Positions 8,031 through 17,873 of a stretch of DNA of 64,000 bases are shown here, piece by piece. The translations under genes and the position numbers were made by a program. Position 1 is the stretch's first letter, and the number at the start of each line of letters is the position of its first letter. A model generated the notes under the pieces. That model was given only the letters and a program-made list of their open reading frames with translations. It made no database searches and was not told the origin of the DNA. This DNA is from Escherichia phage VEc25: the sequence record MW175414.1, one strand, 5' to 3'.

Positions 8031-10556
8031 ATGCAAGTAGCTGACTCTACTGAACTGACCACATCAGCAACGTTGGGTGCTCAAGATGCTATGGCCTTCG
8101 GTATTTCTGAAGACCCAGCATTCTTCCAAATACTCAGTGCTAACCTCTATTCTAATCAGAAACTGGCAATGGTACGTGAGACATTGTGCAATAGCTGGGA
8201 TGCTCATATTGAGGGGAATAAAACAGATATTCCTATCCATGTAACCATTGATAAAGATGGTTTCCTTATCTTCCGTGACTATGGTTCTGGTATTCCTAAA
8301 GATAAGATTCAAGAGGTCTATGGGGTATATGGTGCATCTACCAAGAAAGCTAATACTGCTTCCACCGGTGGCTTTGGCTTAGGATGTAAATCCCCTATGG
8401 CCTATACAGACAGTTTTACTGTCACATCTATGTGTGACGGAACCAAGACTGTCTATCACATTGCTAAATCTTCTGTTGAGACTAACGGTAAACCAGGGAT
8501 TATTCCTATTGTTAGCGTACCTACTGAAGAATCCGGGCTTGAAGTTAAAATTCAGCTTCAGTCAGAAGATATTTTAGAAATTGATTCATATATTCGAGCC
8601 ATTGTATTACATGGCGAGATTAAATGTATTTACTACAATCAGTATACAGGACCAAATACAGTAGAATTACTGCCTGTACTGGGTATGTCTTTTGAACCAG
8701 GTAGCTATAACCTAGACCATAGCACATGGCATAAATATTACATGGGCAGTCATTCAATATTTATCCGTTATGGTAATGTTATGTACCCTGCTTTGGATAC
8801 CCCTGCTACACATGAAGCATTAAAACTGGTTAAACAGTTTATGCAGGTTATTAACTGTAGCCGTATCGTTGTTCAAGCTGCCCCATCATCACTAGCTGTA
8901 GCACCTAGCCGTGAAACACTGTCATCTCAAAAAATGACCGAAGACGGTATTGTAAATTTGGCTGTAGCTTTAGTAGATAAAATGGAAGCAGATATTAAAG
9001 CTCGTCTTCCAAATGCTATTGAATATATTGGGAAGGCTATTAAAGAATATAGTCCTCACCGTTTTGAAGTAAATAGTTATTTGCCTTACACCAATTTAGT
9101 GCCTGATGTTATTGTCAGTCGTTATATGTCCTCTACTTTATTCAGTAAGCAATATGCCCATCTGTGTAAGAAATGGGGAAATATGGAAATTGACCGTCAA
9201 CTAGAACATCCTGCACTGGCTCATTTCTCTGGTTCTCAAAAAGCCCATCTCCGTAAGCATTTAAAGAGGGCTAAGGATTTACGTAATTACAGGGAATTAA
9301 CTAAAGTATTTACTGATATGGCTATTAAGCCAATGTTCAAAACCTTTGCTAAATTGGGGATTACTAAAGGTATTTCCCTATTTCATTATCAATATGGTGT
9401 TGAACTGTGGCGTAATAATATTGTTAATAGTGTTCGTAGAATACACTCATTAAACTTCATGACTTATAGTTCTAAGAAGTGCCGTGTATTTGTTACCCCA
9501 CGTATTACCAATATTGAAGATAGTCTGGCTGGGTATCCAGAGTTTGATAATCTTTCTACTGAGACACTGGTGAAATATAACTCAATCATTGTCAAAGTTG
9601 GAACCAAGAAAGGTGAAGCAGAAGCTATGACTAATCTACTCACTAAAGCAGGATACGAAGTCATTAATATGGCTGAATATCATGAGTGGGATTGTATAGC
9701 TCGCAGACGTAAAGAGGAACAAGAGGCTAAATTAGCCATTTCCAAATTACAAGCTAAGAAGGCTACTAATAAGAAAAAGGTTAGTCCTAATCGTCTTATT
9801 AGTATGAATATCCTTGAAATACCAAAAGAGCATCGTAGCTATTCAAGTGAGGTATGTGGTTCTCACTACGCTTCTCGTTCTCATGACCGAATGGTTGATG
9901 TAGATACTCCCCAGTATTACATCATGCAGGAAGATATTAATAACTACACAGGAAGGCTTGGTGTTCTTTCTATGTGGCAATTAACCCCTGCTACCATTAA
10001 AGCTGTAACTGTTGTTTGTCGTAATAAAATTGAACGTAATAAAGCTATTAAGCGAGGTGCTGTTCATTTGGATGAATGGACTGCTCCGTATATTGCTTCA
10101 GTTCTTACATCCAAACAATTCATTAAGTATGTCACTAAAGAACGTCAGAAAACGTTAAGTGATATTGGTATTTACTCCAAACACCTCAGATTACTGAGAG
10201 AACTGGATATTACATATGCCCCATTGAAAGGTCTGCGTTATGACCCAGAACTGGAGAATGCTTATCTCTTCTTACAAAGTAGTAGCTACCCTAAGCTACG
10301 TGCATTGTTAGGGAAGGGTCTGATTACTGAAGAAGAGTATCACTTCCTCAGTGATGTTGATGTGCATTGCAAGACTTTCAGTAAGTACTCGGAACTTCGT
10401 AGGATACCGAAGATGTTCCTTGATATTGATGCTGGGGGTTATATGTTGGCTGCATGTACTGTAGACACATTGCTTCGTGAAATCGAACAATTCCCTGAAT
10501 CAATCCCTGCAATCAAACTGCTTGTAAAAGCTGCTCTTAAACGGAATACAGACTGA
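8031..10556 (+). CDS. GHKL-family ATPase, rIIA-like
   Basis: Bergerat-fold boxes: N-box ETLCNSWDAH, G1 RDYGSGIP, G2 GGFGLGCKS; 841 aa; immediately followed by a coupled large ORF, as in T4 rIIA/rIIB. Confidence 0.55.
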   Translation: MQVADSTELTTSATLGAQDAMAFGISEDPAFFQILSANLYSNQKLAMVRETLCNSWDAHIEGNKTDIPIHVTIDKDGFLIFRDYGSGIPKDKIQEVYGVYGASTKKANTASTGGFGLGCKSPMAYTDSFTVTSMCDGTKTVYHIAKSSVETNGKPGIIPIVSVPTEESGLEVKIQLQSEDILEIDSYIRAIVLHGEIKCIYYNQYTGPNTVELLPVLGMSFEPGSYNLDHSTWHKYYMGSHSIFIRYGNVMYPALDTPATHEALKLVKQFMQVINCSRIVVQAAPSSLAVAPSRETLSSQKMTEDGIVNLAVALVDKMEADIKARLPNAIEYIGKAIKEYSPHRFEVNSYLPYTNLVPDVIVSRYMSSTLFSKQYAHLCKKWGNMEIDRQLEHPALAHFSGSQKAHLRKHLKRAKDLRNYRELTKVFTDMAIKPMFKTFAKLGITKGISLFHYQYGVELWRNNIVNSVRRIHSLNFMTYSSKKCRVFVTPRITNIEDSLAGYPEFDNLSTETLVKYNSIIVKVGTKKGEAEAMTNLLTKAGYEVINMAEYHEWDCIARRRKEEQEAKLAISKLQAKKATNKKKVSPNRLISMNILEIPKEHRSYSSEVCGSHYASRSHDRMVDVDTPQYYIMQEDINNYTGRLGVLSMWQLTPATIKAVTVVCRNKIERNKAIKRGAVHLDEWTAPYIASVLTSKQFIKYVTKERQKTLSDIGIYSKHLRLLRELDITYAPLKGLRYDPELENAYLFLQSSSYPKLRALLGKGLITEEEYHFLSDVDVHCKTFSKYSELRRIPKMFLDIDAGGYMLAACTVDTLLREIEQFPESIPAIKLLVKAALKRNTD

Positions 10557-12646
10557 TGAAACGAAATTATCTCACCATTATTGCCCTGTCAGTAGACAGT
10601 CGTAACCTCACCCTATGGCAACCAGATGGTTCTACTATGGTCATCCCCCAAGGGGATGCCCGTGTACCACGTATTGTTGCTGAAGCAAAAGAAAAGAATC
10701 TTACCCCAGGTAAGATTATCGAAGTGGATGTCACTATCGAAGCTCAGATTCGTCAGGAGTTTCTGGACGCTGAACGTGATACAGGTGGCTTTGTTAAATT
10801 CTTCCGTATTACCAAGAAGAAGCTACAAGAGTTCTTCTTAGGAGAAGAGGAAGAACAAGTCCCTCATGTATCACCTGTAGAGTTAGGTGCTAAACCTACT
10901 GCTTTCAATGCTTTTATTGCTAATGCTGTGGGCAAAACTCTTGCTGTACAACATGCATCGTTAAAAGTACCTGAACCAGAAATGACGGTTACTCATGAGC
11001 GTTTTTACGGTAACTATGCTGTATGGATTACAGATGTAGACCCACGGAATCATCGTATTGAGGTTATTCATGTTATCCGTGAAATCTCAGGAAGAACCAG
11101 TGAATATGTCAATAACCTACTGGCTCAACCAACCCCATTCAAAGTATTTGATTGGCTCACAGAGACTCAGGCTAAAGAGTTTGTAAGACGTTTGAATAAC
11201 ACTCAGGGTGTTATCTCTGTCTATAACAAACTGGAAGACGGTATTCCTGCTAAGGTTGCTGTAAAGGCCACAGAGCCAACCAATAAGGAAAAGCTAGAAG
11301 CTGCATCAACTAAGCTGAAAGCTATGGGTGCTGTCGCTACTGATGCTTATGAGTTTCATACTGACTTGAATGAGAATGAAGAGACTATCGTAGCTGTAGT
11401 GAATGATAAGGTGGTTCCTGATGTTCAGAACCTACACCGTCACATCCGTCAATCTGCAAACCTGAAAGACTATAAAGGCTTTACTAAGTTCCTTGAACGT
11501 CTGTCTACTGTAATTGATAAACGTCGTCACTCTGTTGAAGACCTGATGAAGTTTATGGAAAAAGGTGACCTGCCAATTGCAGATGATGGCTCCATTGTTA
11601 TCTTCAAACGTCTGGAAAGCAAAGACAATCCTGAACATCTCAAAGACGTAATGGATGATGTATTTGTTGATTGCCATTCTAAGAAGATTGAGCAATGCGT
11701 TGGTATGCGTGTAATGGTTAAAGAAAACCTTGTAGACCAGAACCGTCGTAAAGACTGTTCTCATGGTTTGCACGTAGCTTCTCTGCAATACATTCGTAAT
11801 TTCTCAGGCAACGTAACCATTATTGGTAAAGTTGCTCCAGAGGATGTATTTGCAGTACCAGAATACGATGTTACTAAGATGCGTGTATCTGCTTATCACA
11901 TCATTACCAAGCTACCTGATGCTATTCGTGACCATGTTAATAATGGCAATCCAATCTCCACCATTGAGGGTGGTACGGAAATCCTGAACATGGTTCTCAG
12001 TGGTAATCACCCCGAACCTTCCCGTCAGGTACTGGTTGGTGGTCATTATGGAACCAATCTGACTTATTCAGAACTCACTCGTAATTATCTGGATGATGAT
12101 GAAGACAGCGTTATTCCAGATGAACCAGTAATTAAGAAAACTGCCTTGAATATGGAAGAGAGCTTTACGGCAACTAATCCTAAAGCTGAACCAGTGAAGG
12201 CAACGGATGTTAAACCTATTAAGAAGACTAAGATGGAAATTCTTAAAGACCTTTGGAACCAGTTCCTGAAAGCAGAGACTTCTAATGAAGCTATTACACT
12301 GGCTGATGAAATCATTGCTGCTAAGGGCAAATGTAAGAAGTCATGGGCTTCTTTAGGCTTCAGTGGTGGCATGGTTCAGAAACTGATTGATGCTCGTGCT
12401 AATAAACCTAAGCCAGAAAAAGCAGTCAAGCAGGATAAAACTGTTGCACCTAAGAAAACTACAGTCACTCGTAGTCGGAATGCTGATGTTATTCGTAGTT
12501 ATCTGAATGACAAAGGTATGTCTGATTACTGTAAAGCTCATGCCATTCACGATGTGAAACGTGCTGCTAAGAAATCTTATGCTGCACTGGGTCTGACTCC
12601 TGAAGAATGCAGCCAAATTGATAAACTGAAGCATCACCTGAAGTAA
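10556..12646 (+). CDS. rIIB-like protein (696 aa)
   Basis: Start overlaps rIIA-like stop (ATGA); assignment by position and size only. Confidence 0.35.
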   Translation: MKRNYLTIIALSVDSRNLTLWQPDGSTMVIPQGDARVPRIVAEAKEKNLTPGKIIEVDVTIEAQIRQEFLDAERDTGGFVKFFRITKKKLQEFFLGEEEEQVPHVSPVELGAKPTAFNAFIANAVGKTLAVQHASLKVPEPEMTVTHERFYGNYAVWITDVDPRNHRIEVIHVIREISGRTSEYVNNLLAQPTPFKVFDWLTETQAKEFVRRLNNTQGVISVYNKLEDGIPAKVAVKATEPTNKEKLEAASTKLKAMGAVATDAYEFHTDLNENEETIVAVVNDKVVPDVQNLHRHIRQSANLKDYKGFTKFLERLSTVIDKRRHSVEDLMKFMEKGDLPIADDGSIVIFKRLESKDNPEHLKDVMDDVFVDCHSKKIEQCVGMRVMVKENLVDQNRRKDCSHGLHVASLQYIRNFSGNVTIIGKVAPEDVFAVPEYDVTKMRVSAYHIITKLPDAIRDHVNNGNPISTIEGGTEILNMVLSGNHPEPSRQVLVGGHYGTNLTYSELTRNYLDDDEDSVIPDEPVIKKTALNMEESFTATNPKAEPVKATDVKPIKKTKMEILKDLWNQFLKAETSNEAITLADEIIAAKGKCKKSWASLGFSGGMVQKLIDARANKPKPEKAVKQDKTVAPKKTTVTRSRNADVIRSYLNDKGMSDYCKAHAIHDVKRAAKKSYAALGLTPEECSQIDKLKHHLK

Positions 12647-12713
12647 GTAGGTTAACTATTCAAGTAGCTCCGGTTGAAATATACTGGAGCTATCTTTGAA
12701 GAGGATACATACT

Positions 12714-13109
12714 ATGGCCAAAGTTTATCGTGCTAACCGTAAAGCCCATGATGACGATATTATTCGTATGAATGCAGTCGGTTTATCATTGGGAACCATT
12801 GCTAAAACATTAGGTGTTCACCCCACTACAGTTACCTTACGATTACGCTCTCTTGGTATTGAACCAACCGACACACGTCGAACATTTATGGAGAACGTAC
12901 TAGCACCATTACCTACTCACGTAGCTGATTGGTTATCAGAACAAGTAGGACCAAAGTATGAGATTCGACAATACGTTCGAGACTTATTACTGGAAGCCTA
13001 CAATAATCGTCATAATCATAAGGAAACTGCTCATGAACGATTCCTCAAAAGATACGTTGGTACAAACTCAGAACTGGTTTCTGAAGGCAGTACCCAACCC
13101 AACGAGTAA
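12714..13109 (+). CDS. Helix-turn-helix DNA-binding protein
   Basis: Track start 12696 is TTG; ATG 12714 with GAAGAGGA SD; HTH-like segment VGLSLGTIAKTLGVHPTTVTLRL. Confidence 0.45.
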   Translation: MAKVYRANRKAHDDDIIRMNAVGLSLGTIAKTLGVHPTTVTLRLRSLGIEPTDTRRTFMENVLAPLPTHVADWLSEQVGPKYEIRQYVRDLLLEAYNNRHNHKETAHERFLKRYVGTNSELVSEGSTQPNE

Positions 13110-13485
13110 AAACATTAGTACCCAGATTGGTTGTCATCTGGAAGAAGTAGCAGAAATGCTAGAAGCAATATGCAGCGTCTACAAGGAAGACGATAAGAAA
13201 ATAGCTTATCTGAGAGAAGCCATTGTTCATGTAGCAGACCTCATTAAACAAAATGGGGGTATTGCTGTGAAAGACCCAAATGATCTTTTAGATAGTATTG
13301 CTGACCAGATTGTTACAGCAACTGGCGTCGGTACTTTCTTGGGTATGAACGTACCTGGAGCACTCACTGAAGTGAACCGTTCTAATTATTCAAAATTTGA
13401 AGACGGTGAGCCTGTTTTCAATGAGAATAAGAAAATAATGAAAGGTAAGAATTACACTCCGCCTGATTTAACCCCATTCATTTAA
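13033..13485 (+). CDS. MazG-like nucleotide pyrophosphohydrolase (all-alpha NTP-PPase)
   Basis: ATG 13033 with AAGGAAA SD; EExxE-type acidic helix HLEEVAEMLEA; overlaps the 3' end of the HTH gene by 77 nt out of frame; ATG 12958 is an alternative start. Confidence 0.4.
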   Translation: MNDSSKDTLVQTQNWFLKAVPNPTSKNISTQIGCHLEEVAEMLEAICSVYKEDDKKIAYLREAIVHVADLIKQNGGIAVKDPNDLLDSIADQIVTATGVGTFLGMNVPGALTEVNRSNYSKFEDGEPVFNENKKIMKGKNYTPPDLTPFI

Positions 13486-13488
13486 AAG

Positions 13489-13513
13489 AGCCGCCCATAT
13501 AGGGCGGTTTTTG
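13489..13513 (+). terminator. Rho-independent terminator
   Basis: CCGCCC/GGGCGG stem, ATATA loop, TTTTT. Confidence 0.6.
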
Positions 13514-13527
13514 TATCTGGAGAACTC

Positions 13528-14847
13528 ATGTATAAAAGTACTACTAAGCTGCCACTAAATCCTGGTCAAGAGGCAGCGGCAGAAGGCTTCTTCGACTTTC
13601 TGCTCGACCCCAATGCTTCTGAACTTCGTATTAGTGGACCTGGTGGTACAGGCAAGACATTTACAATGGCTCATATGATTGACGAGATTATGCCCCGTTA
13701 TCATGAGACATGTAGTCTGATGGGAATCCCTGCTCTCTATAACGAAGTTATTATGACTGCTACTACTAATAAGGCAGCAGAAGTATTAGCCCGTGCAACA
13801 GGGCGTCCTACGTCTACCTATCATTCCTTTCAAGGTCTGACAGTACGGAATAACCTAAAGACTGGGGAAGCAGACCTGATTCCGTCTAAGTCCTTCAGTA
13901 TCAAAAAGAATAAGGTCATTTTTATTGATGAAGCATCAATGATTGACCGTAAACTGAAGAAGTTTATTAACGAAGGTACTCACCAAAGTAAGATTGTTTA
14001 CTTAGGCGATAAATGCCAATTGTTACCTGTAAAGGAAACTTCTTCACCTGTCTACAATGACAGTAGCATTAAAGAGTTTATGCTGACCCAGCAGATGCGT
14101 ACTGATGTCCCTGAACTCCATGCACTGCATGAACAGCTTCGTGGAACCATTGAAGGTAAGCACGGATTCCTGCCTATTAAAGCAGTTCCGGGTATTATCG
14201 ACTGGATTGAAGATGGTGATGAAATGAGAAAAGAAGTCAAAGGTCATTTCATGACTAAGACTGACACTCGTATTGTTGCCTATACCAACCAACAGGTTGT
14301 TAACTATAACACCTTCATTCGAGCCATGAATGGATTCCACGGAGAGTTCTGTATTGGTGAAGAGTTAGTAAGTAACTCTGCTATTCAGATTGGTGCTGGT
14401 GACCGCCTCAGTATTGAACAGGAATGCCAGATTGTTGACCAGGATTCTGCTACTCGTAAGATTCTGATTGATTCCTCTGGCATCGAATTAGAAGTACGTG
14501 ATTGCACCCTGGATACTGGTTATGGTGGTGTCTTTGAAGGTATCCCTATTCCGGTAGATATGGATTATTTCATTCGTTTGCAAAAGTACTATGCACACCA
14601 AAAGAACTGGGAACGTCACTTCTATTTGAAAGAAACATTCCCTGAACTTCGAGCATTACATGCTTCTACTGTGCATAAGTCTCAAGGTTCTACCTACGAC
14701 ACCATCTTTATTGATGCTACTGATTTATCTACTTGCCGTCAGCCTGATGTAGTAGCACGTCTGCTTTATGTAGCAGTATCTCGTGCTCGTCATCGTGTTG
14801 TGTTCTATGGCTCTTTGGCAGAGAAATTTGGTGGTCTGGTTCGCTAA
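13528..14847 (+). CDS. SF1B DNA helicase (Dda/RecD-like)
   Basis: Walker A GPGGTGKT, Walker B VIFIDEASM, C-terminal VHKSQGSTYD and YVAVSRARHRV helicase motifs. Confidence 0.75.
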   Translation: MYKSTTKLPLNPGQEAAAEGFFDFLLDPNASELRISGPGGTGKTFTMAHMIDEIMPRYHETCSLMGIPALYNEVIMTATTNKAAEVLARATGRPTSTYHSFQGLTVRNNLKTGEADLIPSKSFSIKKNKVIFIDEASMIDRKLKKFINEGTHQSKIVYLGDKCQLLPVKETSSPVYNDSSIKEFMLTQQMRTDVPELHALHEQLRGTIEGKHGFLPIKAVPGIIDWIEDGDEMRKEVKGHFMTKTDTRIVAYTNQQVVNYNTFIRAMNGFHGEFCIGEELVSNSAIQIGAGDRLSIEQECQIVDQDSATRKILIDSSGIELEVRDCTLDTGYGGVFEGIPIPVDMDYFIRLQKYYAHQKNWERHFYLKETFPELRALHASTVHKSQGSTYDTIFIDATDLSTCRQPDVVARLLYVAVSRARHRVVFYGSLAEKFGGLVR

Positions 14848-14856
14848 GGAGAACTT

Positions 14857-15384
14857 ATGCAACTGGGTGAAAAACAAATCCGTGAAATGACTAATAGTAG
14901 TGAACTGGTTCAGGAATTATTCTTAGCCGAGTTACGTCGGCTAGATAAAGTACTGGATAGTATTATTACACGTAATGGGGAAACATTCGCTGTATACAAC
15001 TCAACAGGGTTCCTGTATTTAGGGGAGTTCTATTCGAGTTCCCGTTCATCACAACAACCCCCTTCTGGTCATCGTCTGGCTCTAGCTAATCACCTACTGG
15101 ATGATATGCGGGAGTATCTGGAACAAGCAGGTAAACTTCTGCTAGAAGTCCATATGGTAAATCAGATGGTCTTTCGTCTGGTTCAGGGCTGTAAAACTTA
15201 TCAAGACGTTCGTGATGCATTGCCAGAATGCCTCATTGCTATGGATAAACAGGGTCATCTGAAATCCTTACAGAGAACCAGAAAGGCAGCATTTACTCTG
15301 GATAATGATGCTATGGCTCTCCGTCAGTATGAGAAAATCTTACCGATTATCGAATACTATGCGGGAACCCATCTTATCTTTTGA
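14857..15384 (+). CDS. Hypothetical protein (175 aa)
   Basis: ATG with AAGGAGAA SD. Confidence 0.45.
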   Translation: MQLGEKQIREMTNSSELVQELFLAELRRLDKVLDSIITRNGETFAVYNSTGFLYLGEFYSSSRSSQQPPSGHRLALANHLLDDMREYLEQAGKLLLEVHMVNQMVFRLVQGCKTYQDVRDALPECLIAMDKQGHLKSLQRTRKAAFTLDNDAMALRQYEKILPIIEYYAGTHLIF

Positions 15385-15391
15385 GGTCTGT

Positions 15392-17356
15392 ATGCGTCAC
15401 ATTACATTCAACAATGAGGGTATCTACCCTATTGCTATCCTTACTACAACGTTACGTAAGGATGATATTGTCAAAGCATACATGGAACCCTGGGATGTAG
15501 ATAAAGATTCAGTAATGATTCTTGAACTTCATACAGCCCCAGGGAAAAAGAAAACTCCTGCTAAAGAGATGCAGGAGTTTATTACCCAAGAATTAGTGCC
15601 AGCATTCGAAGCAGCACAAACTCAGTATATCATCTGTGGTGATTCTGAATATTACAAACAGCTAACCAAACAAGGTAAAGCTGATGCCAATATTGGCTAT
15701 GTAATGGATTGTGCTTATGGGAACCAGAAAGTTATTTACGTTCCCAATTACAGACAAATCTTTTATGACCCGGATAAGGTAAAGACTAAGATTGCTTTAT
15801 CTATGCAGGCTCTGATTGATTATGTCTCTGGTTCTTATGTTGAGCCAGGAACTAAGATTATCCACTATGCTGATTATCCATTAACTCCAGAAGCTATATC
15901 TAAGTGGTTAGATAAGTTACTGGAGATGAATGTTCCGTTAGCAGTGGATATAGAAACTTTCAGTCTGAAGCATTATGACTGTGGTATAGGCACTATTACA
16001 TTCTGCTGGAACAAGCATGAAGGGATTGCATTCCCTGTGGATTATGAACCAATTGAGGGGGCTACTGAAGCTCCTTATGGTAGACAAGTTCACAACATGC
16101 TTGTTCGTTCTATGCTCAGGGACTTTTTTATTAAGTATCTGAACAGGCAGATGTATCACAATATTGCCTTTGACGTATATGCACTCATTTACCAGTTATT
16201 TATGACAGACCTTCTGGATACGGAAGGGTTGTTGCATGGCATGAGTATCATGCTAAGAAACTGGGATTGCACTAAGTTAATTACCTATCTGGCCACTAAT
16301 TCTTGTGCTGGTAATAAGCTAAGTCTTAAAGACCAGGCTCAGGAATATGCTGGTAACTATGCTCAAGAAGAAATCAATGACATTACCAGAATCCCATTAG
16401 CAGAGTTGTTGGAATACAACTTAGTGGATGGATTATGTACCTGGTATGTCTATGAAAAGCATTGGGATACTCTGGTTAATGACCAACAGTTAGATGTTTA
16501 TACAAACATCTTTAAACCTGCATGTGAAGATATTATTCAAATGCAGTTAACTGGTATGCCTATCAATATGAAGACAGTATTGGAGGTAGAAGAGGCATTA
16601 ACCCAAGACTATAACAATGCGTTAAAAACAATTGCTGACAGTAAAGTAATCAAAGATTTTACCCGTCTTCTTAATGAAGAATGGGTAGAAAAACAGAACC
16701 AGATTCTGAAGAAGAAACGAGTGACTTTAGCTGATGCTAAAGAGCAGTTTAATCCAAACTCAGGTATTCAATTACAGAAGCTACTTTTTGAGTTTCTGGG
16801 GTTACCCGTACTGGGTCTGACTGCAAGTAAACTACCTGCTACTGGTAGTGGCATACTCAAGTCTTTGAAGAACCATACTCAAGATACCAGTATTCTGGAA
16901 ATTCTTGATGCTCTGATTGATTACAAAGCTGTAGATAAAATTCTGACAGCATTTATTCCAGCATTAAAAAATGCCAGACAAGGACCAGATGGTTGGCATT
17001 ATCTCTTTGGTAATCTGAACTTAGGTGGGACTGTATCAGGCCGTCTATCCAGTAGTGAACCAAACCTACAGAACCTACCTTCTGGTTCCAGATATGCCAA
17101 GATGATTAAAAAGTGTTTTGAGGCTCCCCCTGGGTGGATATTCTGTGGGCTAGACTTTGCTTCTCTCGAAGACCGTATATCTGCTTTAACAACCAAAGAC
17201 CCTAACAAGCTGAAGGTGTACATGGGTGTGACTGTTTATACAGTTACTATAGAAGGAGTTGACCATCATATCCGAGATGATGATACAATCGTTTATGATG
17301 GTAAAACTTATACCGGTGAGGAGTTCTATGACGCTTTTACCCGTGGCCTTCTATGA
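15392..17356 (+). CDS. Family-A DNA polymerase, N-terminal fragment (3'-5' exonuclease and motif A)
   Basis: ATG 15392 after GAGG; exo motif LAVDIETFS; motif A GLDFASLEDRI; the last ~40 codons do not look polymerase-like and stop at 17356. Confidence 0.7.
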   Translation: MRHITFNNEGIYPIAILTTTLRKDDIVKAYMEPWDVDKDSVMILELHTAPGKKKTPAKEMQEFITQELVPAFEAAQTQYIICGDSEYYKQLTKQGKADANIGYVMDCAYGNQKVIYVPNYRQIFYDPDKVKTKIALSMQALIDYVSGSYVEPGTKIIHYADYPLTPEAISKWLDKLLEMNVPLAVDIETFSLKHYDCGIGTITFCWNKHEGIAFPVDYEPIEGATEAPYGRQVHNMLVRSMLRDFFIKYLNRQMYHNIAFDVYALIYQLFMTDLLDTEGLLHGMSIMLRNWDCTKLITYLATNSCAGNKLSLKDQAQEYAGNYAQEEINDITRIPLAELLEYNLVDGLCTWYVYEKHWDTLVNDQQLDVYTNIFKPACEDIIQMQLTGMPINMKTVLEVEEALTQDYNNALKTIADSKVIKDFTRLLNEEWVEKQNQILKKKRVTLADAKEQFNPNSGIQLQKLLFEFLGLPVLGLTASKLPATGSGILKSLKNHTQDTSILEILDALIDYKAVDKILTAFIPALKNARQGPDGWHYLFGNLNLGGTVSGRLSSSEPNLQNLPSGSRYAKMIKKCFEAPPGWIFCGLDFASLEDRISALTTKDPNKLKVYMGVTVYTVTIEGVDHHIRDDDTIVYDGKTYTGEEFYDAFTRGLL

Positions 17357-17873
17357 ACAACGGTATAAGATTTCCGATGAAGGTTTCATCTTAAATCTTG
17401 CAAACAATCAACCCCTAAAACCGACTCTCAATCCTAACGGATACCTTAAGGTTGGGTTAGCTAATGGGGATGGTACACATCACCAAGAGCTACTTCATAT
17501 TCTGGTAGCTAAACACTTCATCCCTAATCCTTATGGCTATGAACAGGTGAACCATAAAGATGGTAATAAACTGCATTGTCATAAGGATAATCTGGAATGG
17601 TGCTCTGCTACTCAGAATGTTGAACATGCACTTAAAACAAGGCTACGTCCTGGTTACATGTCTGCTGACGATAAAGAAAAGTATCTCTTTGAGGTGCTGG
17701 CAGGTAAGCAAGTTAAAGACATTGCTTTTGAAATAGGTAGACGTCCTGAAACTTTGCATAAGATGCTCAGAACTACTGCTGACCGACTTGGTGTTCGAAA
17801 TGAGTGGGATGATGTTATGAGGAGAAATAGAAAAGATGTTGCTTTACGACAGCTTGCCAAAATCAACTCATGA
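17328..17873 (+). CDS. HNH homing endonuclease inserted within the DNA polymerase gene
   Basis: Track start 17259 is TTG; ATG 17328 with GAGGAG SD; NUMOD-like N-terminus (YKISDEGFILNL...NGYLKVGL) and HNH core HKDGNKLHCHKDNLEWCSATQNVEHAL; third frame relative to both polymerase fragments. Confidence 0.65.
   Translation: MTLLPVAFYEQRYKISDEGFILNLANNQPLKPTLNPNGYLKVGLANGDGTHHQELLHILVAKHFIPNPYGYEQVNHKDGNKLHCHKDNLEWCSATQNVEHALKTRLRPGYMSADDKEKYLFEVLAGKQVKDIAFEIGRRPETLHKMLRTTADRLGVRNEWDDVMRRNRKDVALRQLAKINS

Noticed and set aside
17357-17835. Classical group I intron interrupting the polymerase gene
   Set aside because: Nearly all of the interval is occupied by the endonuclease ORF and the second fragment has its own RBS and ATG, so a split two-ORF gene is at least as likely; left open in the findings rather than annotated as an intron.
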